Both the position numbers and the translations under genes were made by a program. Below the pieces are notes generated by a model. It searched no databases. It had not been told where the DNA came from and saw only the letters and a program-made list of their open reading frames with translations. From the NCBI GenBank assembly GCA_965200575.1, contig OZ241363.1, forward strand, positions 1,320,212-1,384,211: a stretch of DNA of 64,000 nt, written 5' to 3'. Shown one piece after another: positions 9,595 to 18,725 of the stretch. The DNA comes from Thermoanaerobaculia bacterium. GTDB lineage: Bacteria; Acidobacteriota; Thermoanaerobaculia; Multivoradales; Multivoraceae. The number at the start of each line of letters is the position of its first letter. Within the stretch, counting starts at the first letter, position 1.

Positions 9595-9824
9595 GTTGCT
9601 CTGGCGGGACGCCGTCGGGCGCCTCCGGCGGCAGGCACGGGAATGAGCATGGAGCGCGGAGTATAAAAGGACGCCGCGAGGTGGTCGGGCCCGCCCGCGG
9701 CAGCCACGGTCACGGCTCGCCGCCGCGCTGCTTGCGAGGTGTCCGTGGAGCGTTCTCCGCGAGCCGCGTCCGTGGTTCGCGCCGGTCGTCGCTCAGCTGG
9801 TTGACGTCCGCAGCCGACACGGTG

Positions 9825-12800
9825 CTACGCAGACCGCAGGCGAGTCGGACGCCCGGCCTGGTCCAGCGCGACGACGGCGTGCCGCGGGTTGGCGATCACT
9901 CGTTCCATCGCCCAGTCTCGCACTTCCGCTTCCTGCGTGAAAACGACGATCTGCCGTTCTTCACTCAGTTCGAGCAGCAGATCGAGGAAACGGACGGTGC
10001 GTTCGGCGTCGCAGTGGACCGTGGCGTCGTCCAGGAACAGCGGCGCGGTCTCCGTCCGGTTGCCAAGAGCTTCCGCCAGGGCGATGCGGAGCAGCAGGTA
10101 TACCTGATCGCAGGTGCCCCGCGAGAGCTCGGATGCCGAGTGCCAGTCATGGTTCGCCGTTTGCAGGCTGACCTCCAGTCCGTCCTCGGGGTCGATGCGG
10201 ACCTTCGAGTAGCGGCCGCCGGTGACCTTCGCCAGGCGCTTGCCGACTGCGTCGCGCAGGTCGGGAGCGAGCTGCCGATGGATCTCTTCCTGAGCCTTGC
10301 CCAGGTGCTCTCGTGCCAGTTCCAGGATCCTGGCGGCCCGGCGCAGAAGAGCCACCTCGCGCTTCGCTGCGGACTCTTCCTCCCTGACCTCGGCAAGGGA
10401 GTGGACAGTGGCGCAGGCCCGCAACTCCGCCTCTCCCTCCAGGGTCTCCTTCCGGGCGGCGTCGTACTCCTGGTGGGTCTCCTCGAGCTTGCTTTCCAGC
10501 TCTGAGTCGCCCATGTTCCGGAAGCCCTGCAGATCCCGGGACGCTTCGCCTGGGTGCATCGCTGCTTGCGGTTTCAGGTCTTCCGCAGCCTGGTCCCTTT
10601 CGGTGGCGAGTTCTTCGCGGGTGCGACCAGCCAGCAGAACCTGCAGACGCTGCCAGTCGGCAGTTCGTCGCGACAGCCGGTCGTGGCGGGCTTGCCGCCA
10701 GTCTTCTGCCCACTGTGCCGGGTCCTGGGTCGAACCGATGGGAAAGCCCGCTGCCGTGAGTGCCAGGCGAAACCGCTTTTCCGCTTCTTCCCGCACCTGG
10801 CGCTGTCTTGTGGCCGACCGCTCCAACTGACGCCGGGCCTCCTCCTGCAGCTTCAGGACTTCGATCTGCTTCGGACCTGCAGCGCGCTCCTGGTTCTCGC
10901 GGCAAGCTGCTTCGTACTCGTGGGCGAGGTCGGCTGTCGGCTTGTCTGCGTTCTCGAGTCCGCGCCTGGCGAGTGCCGCGCGCAGCGCCGATTCGGTCGC
11001 GGCAACGCGCCTCGCGGCGGCATCGATCTGCCTGTGCTGGCCAGCCGTTGCCTGTTCGATTCGCTGCTGTACTGCGAGCCGGGTCTCCACTGCCTTGCGG
11101 CGCTCGGTCAGGTCGCGATTGCGCTTGCAGCTGGCCTCGTAGCGCTCGAGGAGAGCGCTTGCCGAGGTGGCCGGGTGCTCCACGCCGCGTTCGGCCAGTG
11201 CCTGGCGCAGGGCGCTGTCTGCCAGCTTCCGCTCTCTCTGGGCCCTGGTGAGGCCTTGCTGCCACGACTCACGCTCCCGCTCCCATGCCTCGCGGGTCGC
11301 CAGGCGGTCGAGAGCGTGGTGGAGGGCAGCCTGGTCAAGCGTCAGACCGAGCGGTTCCAGGTCGCTGGCAATCGACTCCATCAGCCGCTCGTGGGCCCTG
11401 TGCTTTCGCTCGAGGCCTCGGAGTTCCGCTTTGGCGTCGGCCAGGTCTTGCATCGCCTGGGCGCCTTCGGCGGGATCCGAGGTCGCCCGACCCCTGGCGG
11501 CTCGCCGCTGGTAGAGAAGCAGGGAGCAGATAGCGGCCAGGACCACACCGGCGGCCCCGAGAGCCTCTGGTAGCGGTCCCATGATCGTCAGGATGCCTGC
11601 CAGGCTTCCTGCAACAGCTCCCCAGTGGGGCAACGTAAAGCGGCCGGTTGTCTCCCTGTCCTGGTCCAGCAGGGCGTCTCGCTTCATCCGCAGCTGCTCG
11701 ACTCGCTCCCGGAGCGGCGCAGGGGATTCGGGCGCCTGTTTGTCGATCAAGTCGAGCGCTCGACGCACCGTCCGCTCGTCTGCCGTCGACGTGATGGCTG
11801 TTGTGGGCGCCGCGCCAGGCGTCGAACGTTGCGCGAGGGCGAGCAGGTCCTCTGCTCGCCGGAAAGCTGCCGCTGCTTCGGCGACCGCCGGCGCCACATC
11901 GCTGTCGCCATTCGCGTTGGGCATTTCCTCGAGTTCGCGTACGAGGGCCGTGGAGTCGGCCGGCTCGGCTTCAGGCTCACTGGGTGAGCGGCCTTCGGAT
12001 CGGGCGGGTACAGGCGGCTCTTCCTCGGCGCCGGCCCGAAGGGCGTCGAGGGCCGCCAGTGCTGCGCGCCAGTCCTCTGCGGCATGGGCGACATCGGCCG
12101 CCACCTTCGTGTCGCCTTCCACAGACGGCTGCGGCGCGGCGATCCTGCGGGCCAGCTCCTCGGCGCTCGGGCCGTCCAGAGGCGCCGGCAGATCAGGTCG
12201 CCGACGGAACTCCCACCTGGCCTGGTACAGTTCTTCGGCCACGGCTGCATCCGGCGCCTCGGCCGGTTGCGGCGGGGCCTGGCCATCAGGAAAGCAGGCG
12301 GCAAGCCGGTCGATCCTGGCCAGGCGTCGGTTGAGGCGTTCGAGTTCCCGTTCCGCCTGAACCGTCGTGAGCTGGCCAGCGAGGAGCACTGCCTGGGCAA
12401 CACGCTCGCGCGCTTCGCCGAGACGTGCCACGAGCTTCTGACGCTTCTCGTGCTGCTGTTGCACCCTGCGGACCTGTGCGCTGGCTCGGTCGCGACGGCG
12501 GATGGCCTGCTGAAGCGGCCTGGTCGAGTTCCTTCGCTCCGTGCCGACCTGCTCGGACGCGTACTTCGCCAGGCTGGCGGCCGCCTGGGATGCCGTGGCG
12601 GCGCCGCCGACGGAGGCGGCCGCTCGTTGCAGTTCCTCCTTGAGGACGAAGGCCGCGTCGTTGGGCTTCTCGCTCTTCTGTTGCGGGCGCTGAATGTCGG
12701 CCTGGCCGATGATCAGGGTCGACGGCACGACCTTCCTGTTCAGACCGAGCAGGATCGATCCGTCGATGCAACCGTCGTGGACCAGGTCGCTGTCGAGGGG

Positions 12801-13127
12801 GCGTCCGGTGTCGGCGTCATGCGCGACGCTCTCCTTCGTGCCAAGGTCGCGCTGGTCGATCACGATGTGCTGATCGTCGTCCCGCCGGAGATGGACGGTT
12901 GTCCGCCACTTCGCTCCGTTCCAGGGTGCGTACTGGTGCTCGAACTCCCGCTCTTCCAGGCTTGCGCCCCTGCCCTTTCGCCGCCCACAGAGGCCAGCGA
13001 AGATCGCCTGCAGCCAGGTGGACTTGCCGGCCTCGTTGGCCCCGTGCACGACCGTCAGGCCCTCTGCAAGCTCCAGCGTGGCCGAGAGCTTGCCGAAGTC
13101 GTGGGCGCTGACGCGGAGGATCTTCAT
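9825..13127 (-). CDS. SMC/SbcC-like AAA ATPase with long coiled-coil and a central transmembrane hairpin (YhaN-like)
   Basis: There is an N-terminal Walker A (GANEAGKST), about 900 aa of E/R/A/L-rich coiled-coil, and a C-terminal signature/Walker B/D-loop region (…GTCDQVYLLLRIALAEAL…LFLDDATVHCD…). Two hydrophobic helices (…VAGSLAGILTIMGPLPEALGAAGVVLAAICSLLLY…) sit mid-protein, and no CxxC zinc hook was seen. The start overlaps the stop of the upstream phosphoesterase by 4 nt. Confidence 0.75.
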   Translation of the reverse strand: MKILRVSAHDFGKLSATLELAEGLTVVHGANEAGKSTWLQAIFAGLCGRRKGRGASLEEREFEHQYAPWNGAKWRTTVHLRRDDDQHIVIDQRDLGTKESVAHDADTGRPLDSDLVHDGCIDGSILLGLNRKVVPSTLIIGQADIQRPQQKSEKPNDAAFVLKEELQRAAASVGGAATASQAAASLAKYASEQVGTERRNSTRPLQQAIRRRDRASAQVRRVQQQHEKRQKLVARLGEARERVAQAVLLAGQLTTVQAERELERLNRRLARIDRLAACFPDGQAPPQPAEAPDAAVAEELYQARWEFRRRPDLPAPLDGPSAEELARRIAAPQPSVEGDTKVAADVAHAAEDWRAALAALDALRAGAEEEPPVPARSEGRSPSEPEAEPADSTALVRELEEMPNANGDSDVAPAVAEAAAAFRRAEDLLALAQRSTPGAAPTTAITSTADERTVRRALDLIDKQAPESPAPLRERVEQLRMKRDALLDQDRETTGRFTLPHWGAVAGSLAGILTIMGPLPEALGAAGVVLAAICSLLLYQRRAARGRATSDPAEGAQAMQDLADAKAELRGLERKHRAHERLMESIASDLEPLGLTLDQAALHHALDRLATREAWERERESWQQGLTRAQRERKLADSALRQALAERGVEHPATSASALLERYEASCKRNRDLTERRKAVETRLAVQQRIEQATAGQHRQIDAAARRVAATESALRAALARRGLENADKPTADLAHEYEAACRENQERAAGPKQIEVLKLQEEARRQLERSATRQRQVREEAEKRFRLALTAAGFPIGSTQDPAQWAEDWRQARHDRLSRRTADWQRLQVLLAGRTREELATERDQAAEDLKPQAAMHPGEASRDLQGFRNMGDSELESKLEETHQEYDAARKETLEGEAELRACATVHSLAEVREEESAAKREVALLRRAARILELAREHLGKAQEEIHRQLAPDLRDAVGKRLAKVTGGRYSKVRIDPEDGLEVSLQTANHDWHSASELSRGTCDQVYLLLRIALAEALGNRTETAPLFLDDATVHCDAERTVRFLDLLLELSEERQIVVFTQEAEVRDWAMERVIANPRHAVVALDQAGRPTRLRSA

Positions 13128-14305
13128 GCCGGGTCTCCGCTGTCTGCTCCCGCGTCTTCGTCGCTTCGTGTCCTTGCCCGCAGTTCCTCGACCAGTCCGA
13201 TCTCCCGGCCGTCGAGCGCGCGCAGACCGGCCAGGAGCACCTGACGCTCGGTCTCCGGGCCGAGGCCGGCGCCCTGCAGCCGCCGGACGAACGCTCCTCG
13301 CACTGTCTGCTCGGCGGCGAGCTGCGCGAGGTCCCAGGACGGCGCAAGACCGGACGTGTCGACGTCGAGCTGGTCGATTCCGGTCGGCAGGTCAAAGGCG
13401 CCGGGGGCGAACTCGTGGGCGCGGAGATCGTCCATGTCCGGCTCTCCGACGAGGCGGACTCGGGCGGCGCCGGTCAGGCCGCTGAGGGCGGCGGCAACCC
13501 GCTTGCGGGCCTCATCGGCCCCCGGCATGCCGGTGAGGTCGACCTTCAGGACGTGGAGCGCCGCCGGGCGTTGCGCGAGTCGCCAAGTCGCGACGCGACC
13601 GTTGTCGACTTCCAGAACGACGGCGCTGCCGTGTCGCTCATTGAACCGCAGTTGCTCGAGCGAGCCCAGGCGCGTCCAGTCGCTGTGGTCCTTTGGTGCG
13701 TGCGAGTGCCCGACGACCGCGTGGTCGAGGCCCGCTGCCCCGATTTGACGACCCTCGAACGGAGCATGGCGGTGCTCTCCCTGGAAGGCGGCTGACCGTT
13801 CCTCGCCGTGGAAGACGGCGATGTGTACGGCGCCTGCTGCGTCGCCGGCGGCGTCGGGCAGGAGGCTGGCCCCGAAGCCGTCGTCGAAGAAGCCGGGCGT
13901 GTCCACGGGTTTCACGTGCGCCGCTCCCCAGATCGTCACGCCGTCGGCAAGCGCCACCGGGGTCAGGTGACGCTCGCGGAAGACGTGCACGTTGGCTGGC
14001 CAGTCGACTTGCCGCCACGGGCTCTGCGCCGAGGCGTGGTCGTGGTTGCCGGGCGCGACGAAGACGCGGCGCCCAGCGTTTTCGAACGTCCGGCGGAGGA
14101 ACTCGACGGTGTCCGCCGACACGTACTCGTGCTCGAACAGGTCGCCGGCGATGAGCACCGCGGCCGTGCCCTTCTCCCGCGCCTGCTCGAACGCCCATGC
14201 GACGCCGCTCCGCAACCTGCCGCGGTGGCGGCGGCCGACTGCGGTGGAGTCGGCCCAGCCGAACCGCGAGTCCAGGTGGACGTCGCTGAACGCGAGGAGC
14301 TTCAA
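13124..14305 (-). CDS. Metallophosphoesterase, SbcD/Mre11/YhaO-like nuclease subunit
   Basis: Calcineurin-like phosphoesterase motifs are present (LLAFSDVHLD, GDLFEH, GNHDH). The 3' end overlaps the ATPase gene (13124-13127), indicating translational coupling. Confidence 0.75.
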   Translation of the reverse strand: MKLLAFSDVHLDSRFGWADSTAVGRRHRGRLRSGVAWAFEQAREKGTAAVLIAGDLFEHEYVSADTVEFLRRTFENAGRRVFVAPGNHDHASAQSPWRQVDWPANVHVFRERHLTPVALADGVTIWGAAHVKPVDTPGFFDDGFGASLLPDAAGDAAGAVHIAVFHGEERSAAFQGEHRHAPFEGRQIGAAGLDHAVVGHSHAPKDHSDWTRLGSLEQLRFNERHGSAVVLEVDNGRVATWRLAQRPAALHVLKVDLTGMPGADEARKRVAAALSGLTGAARVRLVGEPDMDDLRAHEFAPGAFDLPTGIDQLDVDTSGLAPSWDLAQLAAEQTVRGAFVRRLQGAGLGPETERQVLLAGLRALDGREIGLVEELRARTRSDEDAGADSGDPA

Positions 14306-14534
14306 GGCGTCCGCCTCCCGGCAGGAGACGTCGCGGCGGGCGCGCAGCCGCGCCGCGCGGCTGTACGTTGCTGCTCTTGTGCGGGGATGCGAAGGTTCGC
14401 TTGCAGACAGCCGTCCGCAACCGCGAACCCGCCCACGGGTCGCCTGGCGCCGTCGCGGCGGCAGACTCGGGCAGCGTGACGGCCCGCGGGACAGCGCTCG
14501 GGCTGGTCAGCAGGGGCGGGGCGGAGGATGAGGC

Positions 14535-15038
14535 CTACTCCTTCAACACGGCCGGCCAGTTCCGGTCGGCGCTCTCGATGTTCTCGTCTCGCTGCTCCAG
14601 CCATTGCTCCATGACCTTGCGGTTGTAGTTCAGGTAGAGCTTCTCGTTGACGATCGTGAAGGCGTCCGGGTCGGTCGGTGCGGTGTAGTTCCGGCTCACC
14701 GCCCAGGCGCAGTAGCCGCCGTACTGCGGCGCGTACTTCTCCGGGTCGGCGGCGAACATGTCACGATTCTCCAGGCTGGCGAAGCGCCACTCGGCGCCCT
14801 GCCACTCGTGCGTGACGTCGCGGTCGCCCTTGGTGGCCTCGCCCCTGGCGAAGTACGCCACCGGGTCGTAGCCGCGGATGGCGGCATTGCCGCGGGTGGT
14901 GAAGACCGGGTCTTCCTCTGCTGCAGCCGCGGCGGCGAAACCGGCGGAGACGATGAAGGCGACGAGCATGGGGACGGTCGCCGCCCGGAGGGACCGGGTG
15001 GCTCGACAACGGGTCTTGAGAATCTGCGGCATGGTCAT
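14535..15038 (-). CDS. Secreted small protein, YHS-domain-like (GYDPVAYF…PQYGGYCAWA motif)
   Basis: It has a signal peptide (MLVAFIVSAGFAAAAAA) and conserved GYDPVAYF / NEKLYLNYN blocks. Family naming is from memory and is uncertain. Confidence 0.5.
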   Translation of the reverse strand: MTMPQILKTRCRATRSLRAATVPMLVAFIVSAGFAAAAAAEEDPVFTTRGNAAIRGYDPVAYFARGEATKGDRDVTHEWQGAEWRFASLENRDMFAADPEKYAPQYGGYCAWAVSRNYTAPTDPDAFTIVNEKLYLNYNRKVMEQWLEQRDENIESADRNWPAVLKE

Positions 15039-15217
15039 GGGTGCGATTCCTCCTGCGGGCGAGTGTATGCCTGCGGGCGCGCTCGATCTTCCGGCAGGCC
15101 ATGGGACCAGCCAGCGGACCAGGGACGCTGGCGAAGCCGACGGTCTGCTGGAGCGGCGGGAGCGGCGCCTTGCGACGTCTCGCGCGCAGGGCCGCCACTG
15201 CTACTGTCGCCCCGCTA

Positions 15218-17002
15218 ATGGAGCTTCGTTCTGTCCTGATTGGTGGGGCAGTCGTGGTGGTCGGGGCTTGCGGCGGGGCGGGGGAGACCGACGTTCCTCG
15301 CGGCGGCGGGGCGCCGGGGGCCACGGCTTCGTCGGCGCCGGCGTTCGTGGAGCGCGCGGCCGCTGCGGGCATTGACTTCGTGCACAGGAACGGCGCGGCC
15401 GGCGAGTACCACTATCCGGAGCTTCTGGTGGGGGGCGGCGCGCTGCTGGACGTGGACGACGACAGGCTGCTCGACGTCTACCTCGTGCAGGGCGGACCGC
15501 TTCCTGGAGCTTCCCGCAGCGCGAAAGGTGCAGAGTCAAGCGAGGCGCCGGCAGAGCGGTCCGATGCTGCTGCAGGAGCGGAAACCGCAGCAACGCCAGG
15601 CAACCGGCTGTACCGCAACCTCGGCGACGGCTCATTCGCTGACGTCACGGCGCAAGCCGGCGTCGGCGACACGGGCTACGGCGCCGGCGCCACCGCCGGC
15701 GACCACGATCTCGACGGTCTGGTTGACCTGTACGTTCTGAACGTCGGCCCGAACCGCCTCTACCGCAACCTGGGCGGCGGGGTCTTCGAGGACGCGACTG
15801 ACCGGGCCGGAGCGGCGGACCCCGCCTGGTCGTCCGGCGCCGTCTTCTTCGACTATGACGGCGACCGCGACCTCGACCTGTTCGTCGTGAACTACGTCGT
15901 CTGGAGCGCCGCGCGGGAGCGACCGTGCCTGGGGCCAAACGGGCTGCGGAACTACTGCAATCCGGCGGAGTACCCGCCGGCGCCGGACACCCTGTACCGC
16001 AACGACGACGGCCGCTTCACCGACGTGAGCCGGGAGGCCGGGCTGCGCTCGGTCGCCGGGCCGGGCCTGGGCGTCGTCGCGGCCGACTTCGATGCCGACG
16101 GCCTGGTCGACCTGTACGTGGCGAACGACCAGGCGGTCAACCACCTGTGGCTCAACCAGGGCGACGGGACCTTCAGGGAGGATGCGGTGGCGCGCGGCGC
16201 CGGCTTCAACGAGCTCGGGCAGCCGGAGGCAGGCATGGGCATCGCGGTCGGCGACCCGGACGAAGACGGCGACCTCGACCTGTTCGTGACCCACCTGAGC
16301 GGCGAGACGAACACCTTCTACCGCAACGACGGCACCGGCTTCTTCACGGATGCGACGGACGCCGCGCGGCTGGGCGGGGTCAGCAAGCGCTACACCGGGT
16401 TCGGCACCTCCTGGTTCGACCACGACGGCGACGGCACGCTCGACCTGTTCGTCGCCAACGGCAAGGTCACGCCGGGCGACACCGCGGCCTTCGACTACCG
16501 CGAGCCGAATCAGCTGCTGCGGGCCTTGCCGTCGGGCCGTTACGAAGACGTGTCAGGCGCGGCGCTCGCGCTGCTCGAGGTCAGCCGCGGCGCGGCGTTC
16601 GGCGACCTGGACAACGATGGCGACGTGGACATCCTGGTGGTCAACAACGACGGCCCGGCGAGGCTGCTGCGCAACGAGGCCGGCAACAGGCGCTCCTGGC
16701 TTGTCGTCGACCTCTGCGGCGGCGGTGCATTCGACCGCTCGGTGGTCGGCTCGCGCGTCACGGTCGAGGCTGCCGGCCGACGATGGACCCGCGGGGTGCG
16801 TCCGGCCCGGAGCTTCGCCGTCGCGAACGATCCTCGGGTTCACTTCGGGCTCGGCGACGCGGCGCTCATCGACCGGCTGACCGTGCGCTGGCCCGACGGC
16901 CAGCTGACCGAGCGCCTCGATGTCGAGACGAACCACATCCTGCGCCTGCTGGCGCCGGGCGGCGAGGCGCCGGCGGAAGGAGCCTGCCGTGATGCGACCT
17001 GA
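15218..17002 (+). CDS. CRTAC1-family lipoprotein (FG-GAP/VCBS-type repeats + C-terminal ASPIC/UnbV domain)
   Basis: The start MELRSVLIGGAVVVVGAC gives a lipobox. Repeated NRLYRNLGDGSF / DxDGDGxxD Ca-binding-like blades recur through the protein. The C-terminus (…RLTVRWPDGQ…) matches the UnbV_ASPIC signature. Confidence 0.75.
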   Translation: MELRSVLIGGAVVVVGACGGAGETDVPRGGGAPGATASSAPAFVERAAAAGIDFVHRNGAAGEYHYPELLVGGGALLDVDDDRLLDVYLVQGGPLPGASRSAKGAESSEAPAERSDAAAGAETAATPGNRLYRNLGDGSFADVTAQAGVGDTGYGAGATAGDHDLDGLVDLYVLNVGPNRLYRNLGGGVFEDATDRAGAADPAWSSGAVFFDYDGDRDLDLFVVNYVVWSAARERPCLGPNGLRNYCNPAEYPPAPDTLYRNDDGRFTDVSREAGLRSVAGPGLGVVAADFDADGLVDLYVANDQAVNHLWLNQGDGTFREDAVARGAGFNELGQPEAGMGIAVGDPDEDGDLDLFVTHLSGETNTFYRNDGTGFFTDATDAARLGGVSKRYTGFGTSWFDHDGDGTLDLFVANGKVTPGDTAAFDYREPNQLLRALPSGRYEDVSGAALALLEVSRGAAFGDLDNDGDVDILVVNNDGPARLLRNEAGNRRSWLVVDLCGGGAFDRSVVGSRVTVEAAGRRWTRGVRPARSFAVANDPRVHFGLGDAALIDRLTVRWPDGQLTERLDVETNHILRLLAPGGEAPAEGACRDAT

Positions 17003-18374
17003 CGAGCGCCTGCGCGGCGGCGCCCCGCCGATGACCACGGCGGGCACGCGCGAGACCGATCCGGTCGGTCGGGCGCCCGCCGTCGGGCGCAGGTCGGTTG
17101 CCGGCGCGGGCCCTGTCGCCGACGCAGGACACGGCCCCGGCGCTTGCCCTTTCGCGAACGCCCCGTGCGGCTCCCGCGTCCACCCGTCCGGCGGGCCGTC
17201 TGCCAGCCGGTGTCCGCGGGGTCGCCGGCGAGTCGGACAGGTCCTTGGCTTCAGGGCCTGTCTCCTGTTGGTTTGCGCTCTGCTCCCGGCTTGCGCCGAC
17301 GCGCCTTCCGGCTCGGCCGCGGACGGCCCGGGCGCAACGTCGTCAGCATCGTTGCCGGACCTCCCGCCCCGCATTCCGGCTCTGGAGACCCTCGACCCGG
17401 GCTTCGCCACCGCGGTCCGGGATGCCCTCGCGGCCGTGGAGCGCGACCCGTCGAGCGCCACCGCGGTCGGGGCGCTCGGCCGGCTCTACCAGGCGCACCG
17501 CTACGTCGACCAGGCGCGGCTTTGCTACGAGCTGGCCGAGCGGCTGGACGGCTCGAGGCCGGACTGGCCGTACTACCTCGGCTTTCTGGCCGCAGGCCGC
17601 GGCGAGCACGACCAGGCGGCGCGGTACTTCGAGCGCGTTCTCGAACTCAGGCCGTCGTACTGGGCGGCGCGCATGCGGCTGGGCGACTCCCTCCTTGCGG
17701 CCGGAGACCTTGGCGGCGCCGAGTCGGCCTATCGGGCGGTGCGGGCCGCCTCGGCCGGCGCGCCCTGGGGCGAGCTCGGCCTGGGCAAGACGGCGCGGCG
17801 ACGCGGACAGCCGGAAGCGGCGGCAGACCACCTGCGCACCGCGCTCGCCCTCGGCCCGTCGCATCGGGAGACGCGCTACCTGCTGGCGATGACCGAGCGG
17901 CAGCTCGGCGACGTGGAACGGGCGGAGGAACTCCTCACCGGTCTCGATCAGGCCGAGCCGGACCGCCTGGACGATCCGATGCTGGAGGCGGTGTTTGCCC
18001 TCGTGCGTGACACGCAGACGATGATCCGGACGGCGAACGAGCGCCTTGCGGCGGGCGACCGGGCGGGGGCAGAGCGCCTGTACCGCGAGGTCCTGGCTCT
18101 CGACCCGGACTCGCGCGACGCCCACCTGAACCTCGGCGTCCTTCACGGCCTGGCCGGCCGCGACGCCGCGGCAGTGGCCTCGCTCGAACGGGCGGTCGAG
18201 CTCGACCCGTCTCGCGCCGACGCCTACGCCCTGCTGACCATCGCCTACATCAAGGTGGGTCGGGCCGAGGAGGGATTCGTCCAACTGGAGAAGGCGCTGG
18301 CCATCGACCCGGACCATCCGCGCGCCCGTCAGCTGCTGCGGCAGCTCGGCGGGGCCGACGGCGCGGGCCGCTGA
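16992..18374 (+). CDS. TPR-repeat lipoprotein
   Basis: At least 8 degenerate 34-aa TPR units follow a lipobox (LLVCALLPAC). The proposed ATG overlaps the CRTAC1 stop by 11 nt, and the start is uncertain. Confidence 0.6.
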   Translation: MRPDERLRGGAPPMTTAGTRETDPVGRAPAVGRRSVAGAGPVADAGHGPGACPFANAPCGSRVHPSGGPSASRCPRGRRRVGQVLGFRACLLLVCALLPACADAPSGSAADGPGATSSASLPDLPPRIPALETLDPGFATAVRDALAAVERDPSSATAVGALGRLYQAHRYVDQARLCYELAERLDGSRPDWPYYLGFLAAGRGEHDQAARYFERVLELRPSYWAARMRLGDSLLAAGDLGGAESAYRAVRAASAGAPWGELGLGKTARRRGQPEAAADHLRTALALGPSHRETRYLLAMTERQLGDVERAEELLTGLDQAEPDRLDDPMLEAVFALVRDTQTMIRTANERLAAGDRAGAERLYREVLALDPDSRDAHLNLGVLHGLAGRDAAAVASLERAVELDPSRADAYALLTIAYIKVGRAEEGFVQLEKALAIDPDHPRARQLLRQLGGADGAGR

Positions 18375-18725
18375 GGCAGGAGGCCCGGCTCGCCCCCTCG
18401 GACCTGCCGGCCAGCGTCGTGCCTCGCGATCACGCTGCGAGGGCCCTTCGGGGTGCGCCGCGAGCCTGCGCCCCGGCAGGCCGCAGTACCAGCCAGCATG
18501 ATCGGTCCGCGGGCAGGTCCTGCCCGCGCCTCGGCGGTCGCCGTGCGTCGGACTCGGGAGGGTTTCGGCGGCCTGGGAGCAGACCCGGCGTTTACGCGCT
18601 ACTCTCATGTGCAGATCGAGTGCAAACCGGTTCAGCAGAGCAAGGCGCGCCGCGCTGTCCCTGTTCCGGGCCTCGTCGCCACGGTCGCCTCGATCCACCT
18701 TGCCGCAGGACACGAGGAGCACGCG

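Noticed and set aside
9825-14305. Interpretation as canonical cytoplasmic SbcCD
   Set aside because: No CxxC zinc-hook was found in the ATPase, and it contains two adjacent hydrophobic helices mid-coil. At 1100 aa with this topology it matches the YhaN-type rather than SbcC; it is kept as a YhaO/YhaN-like pair.
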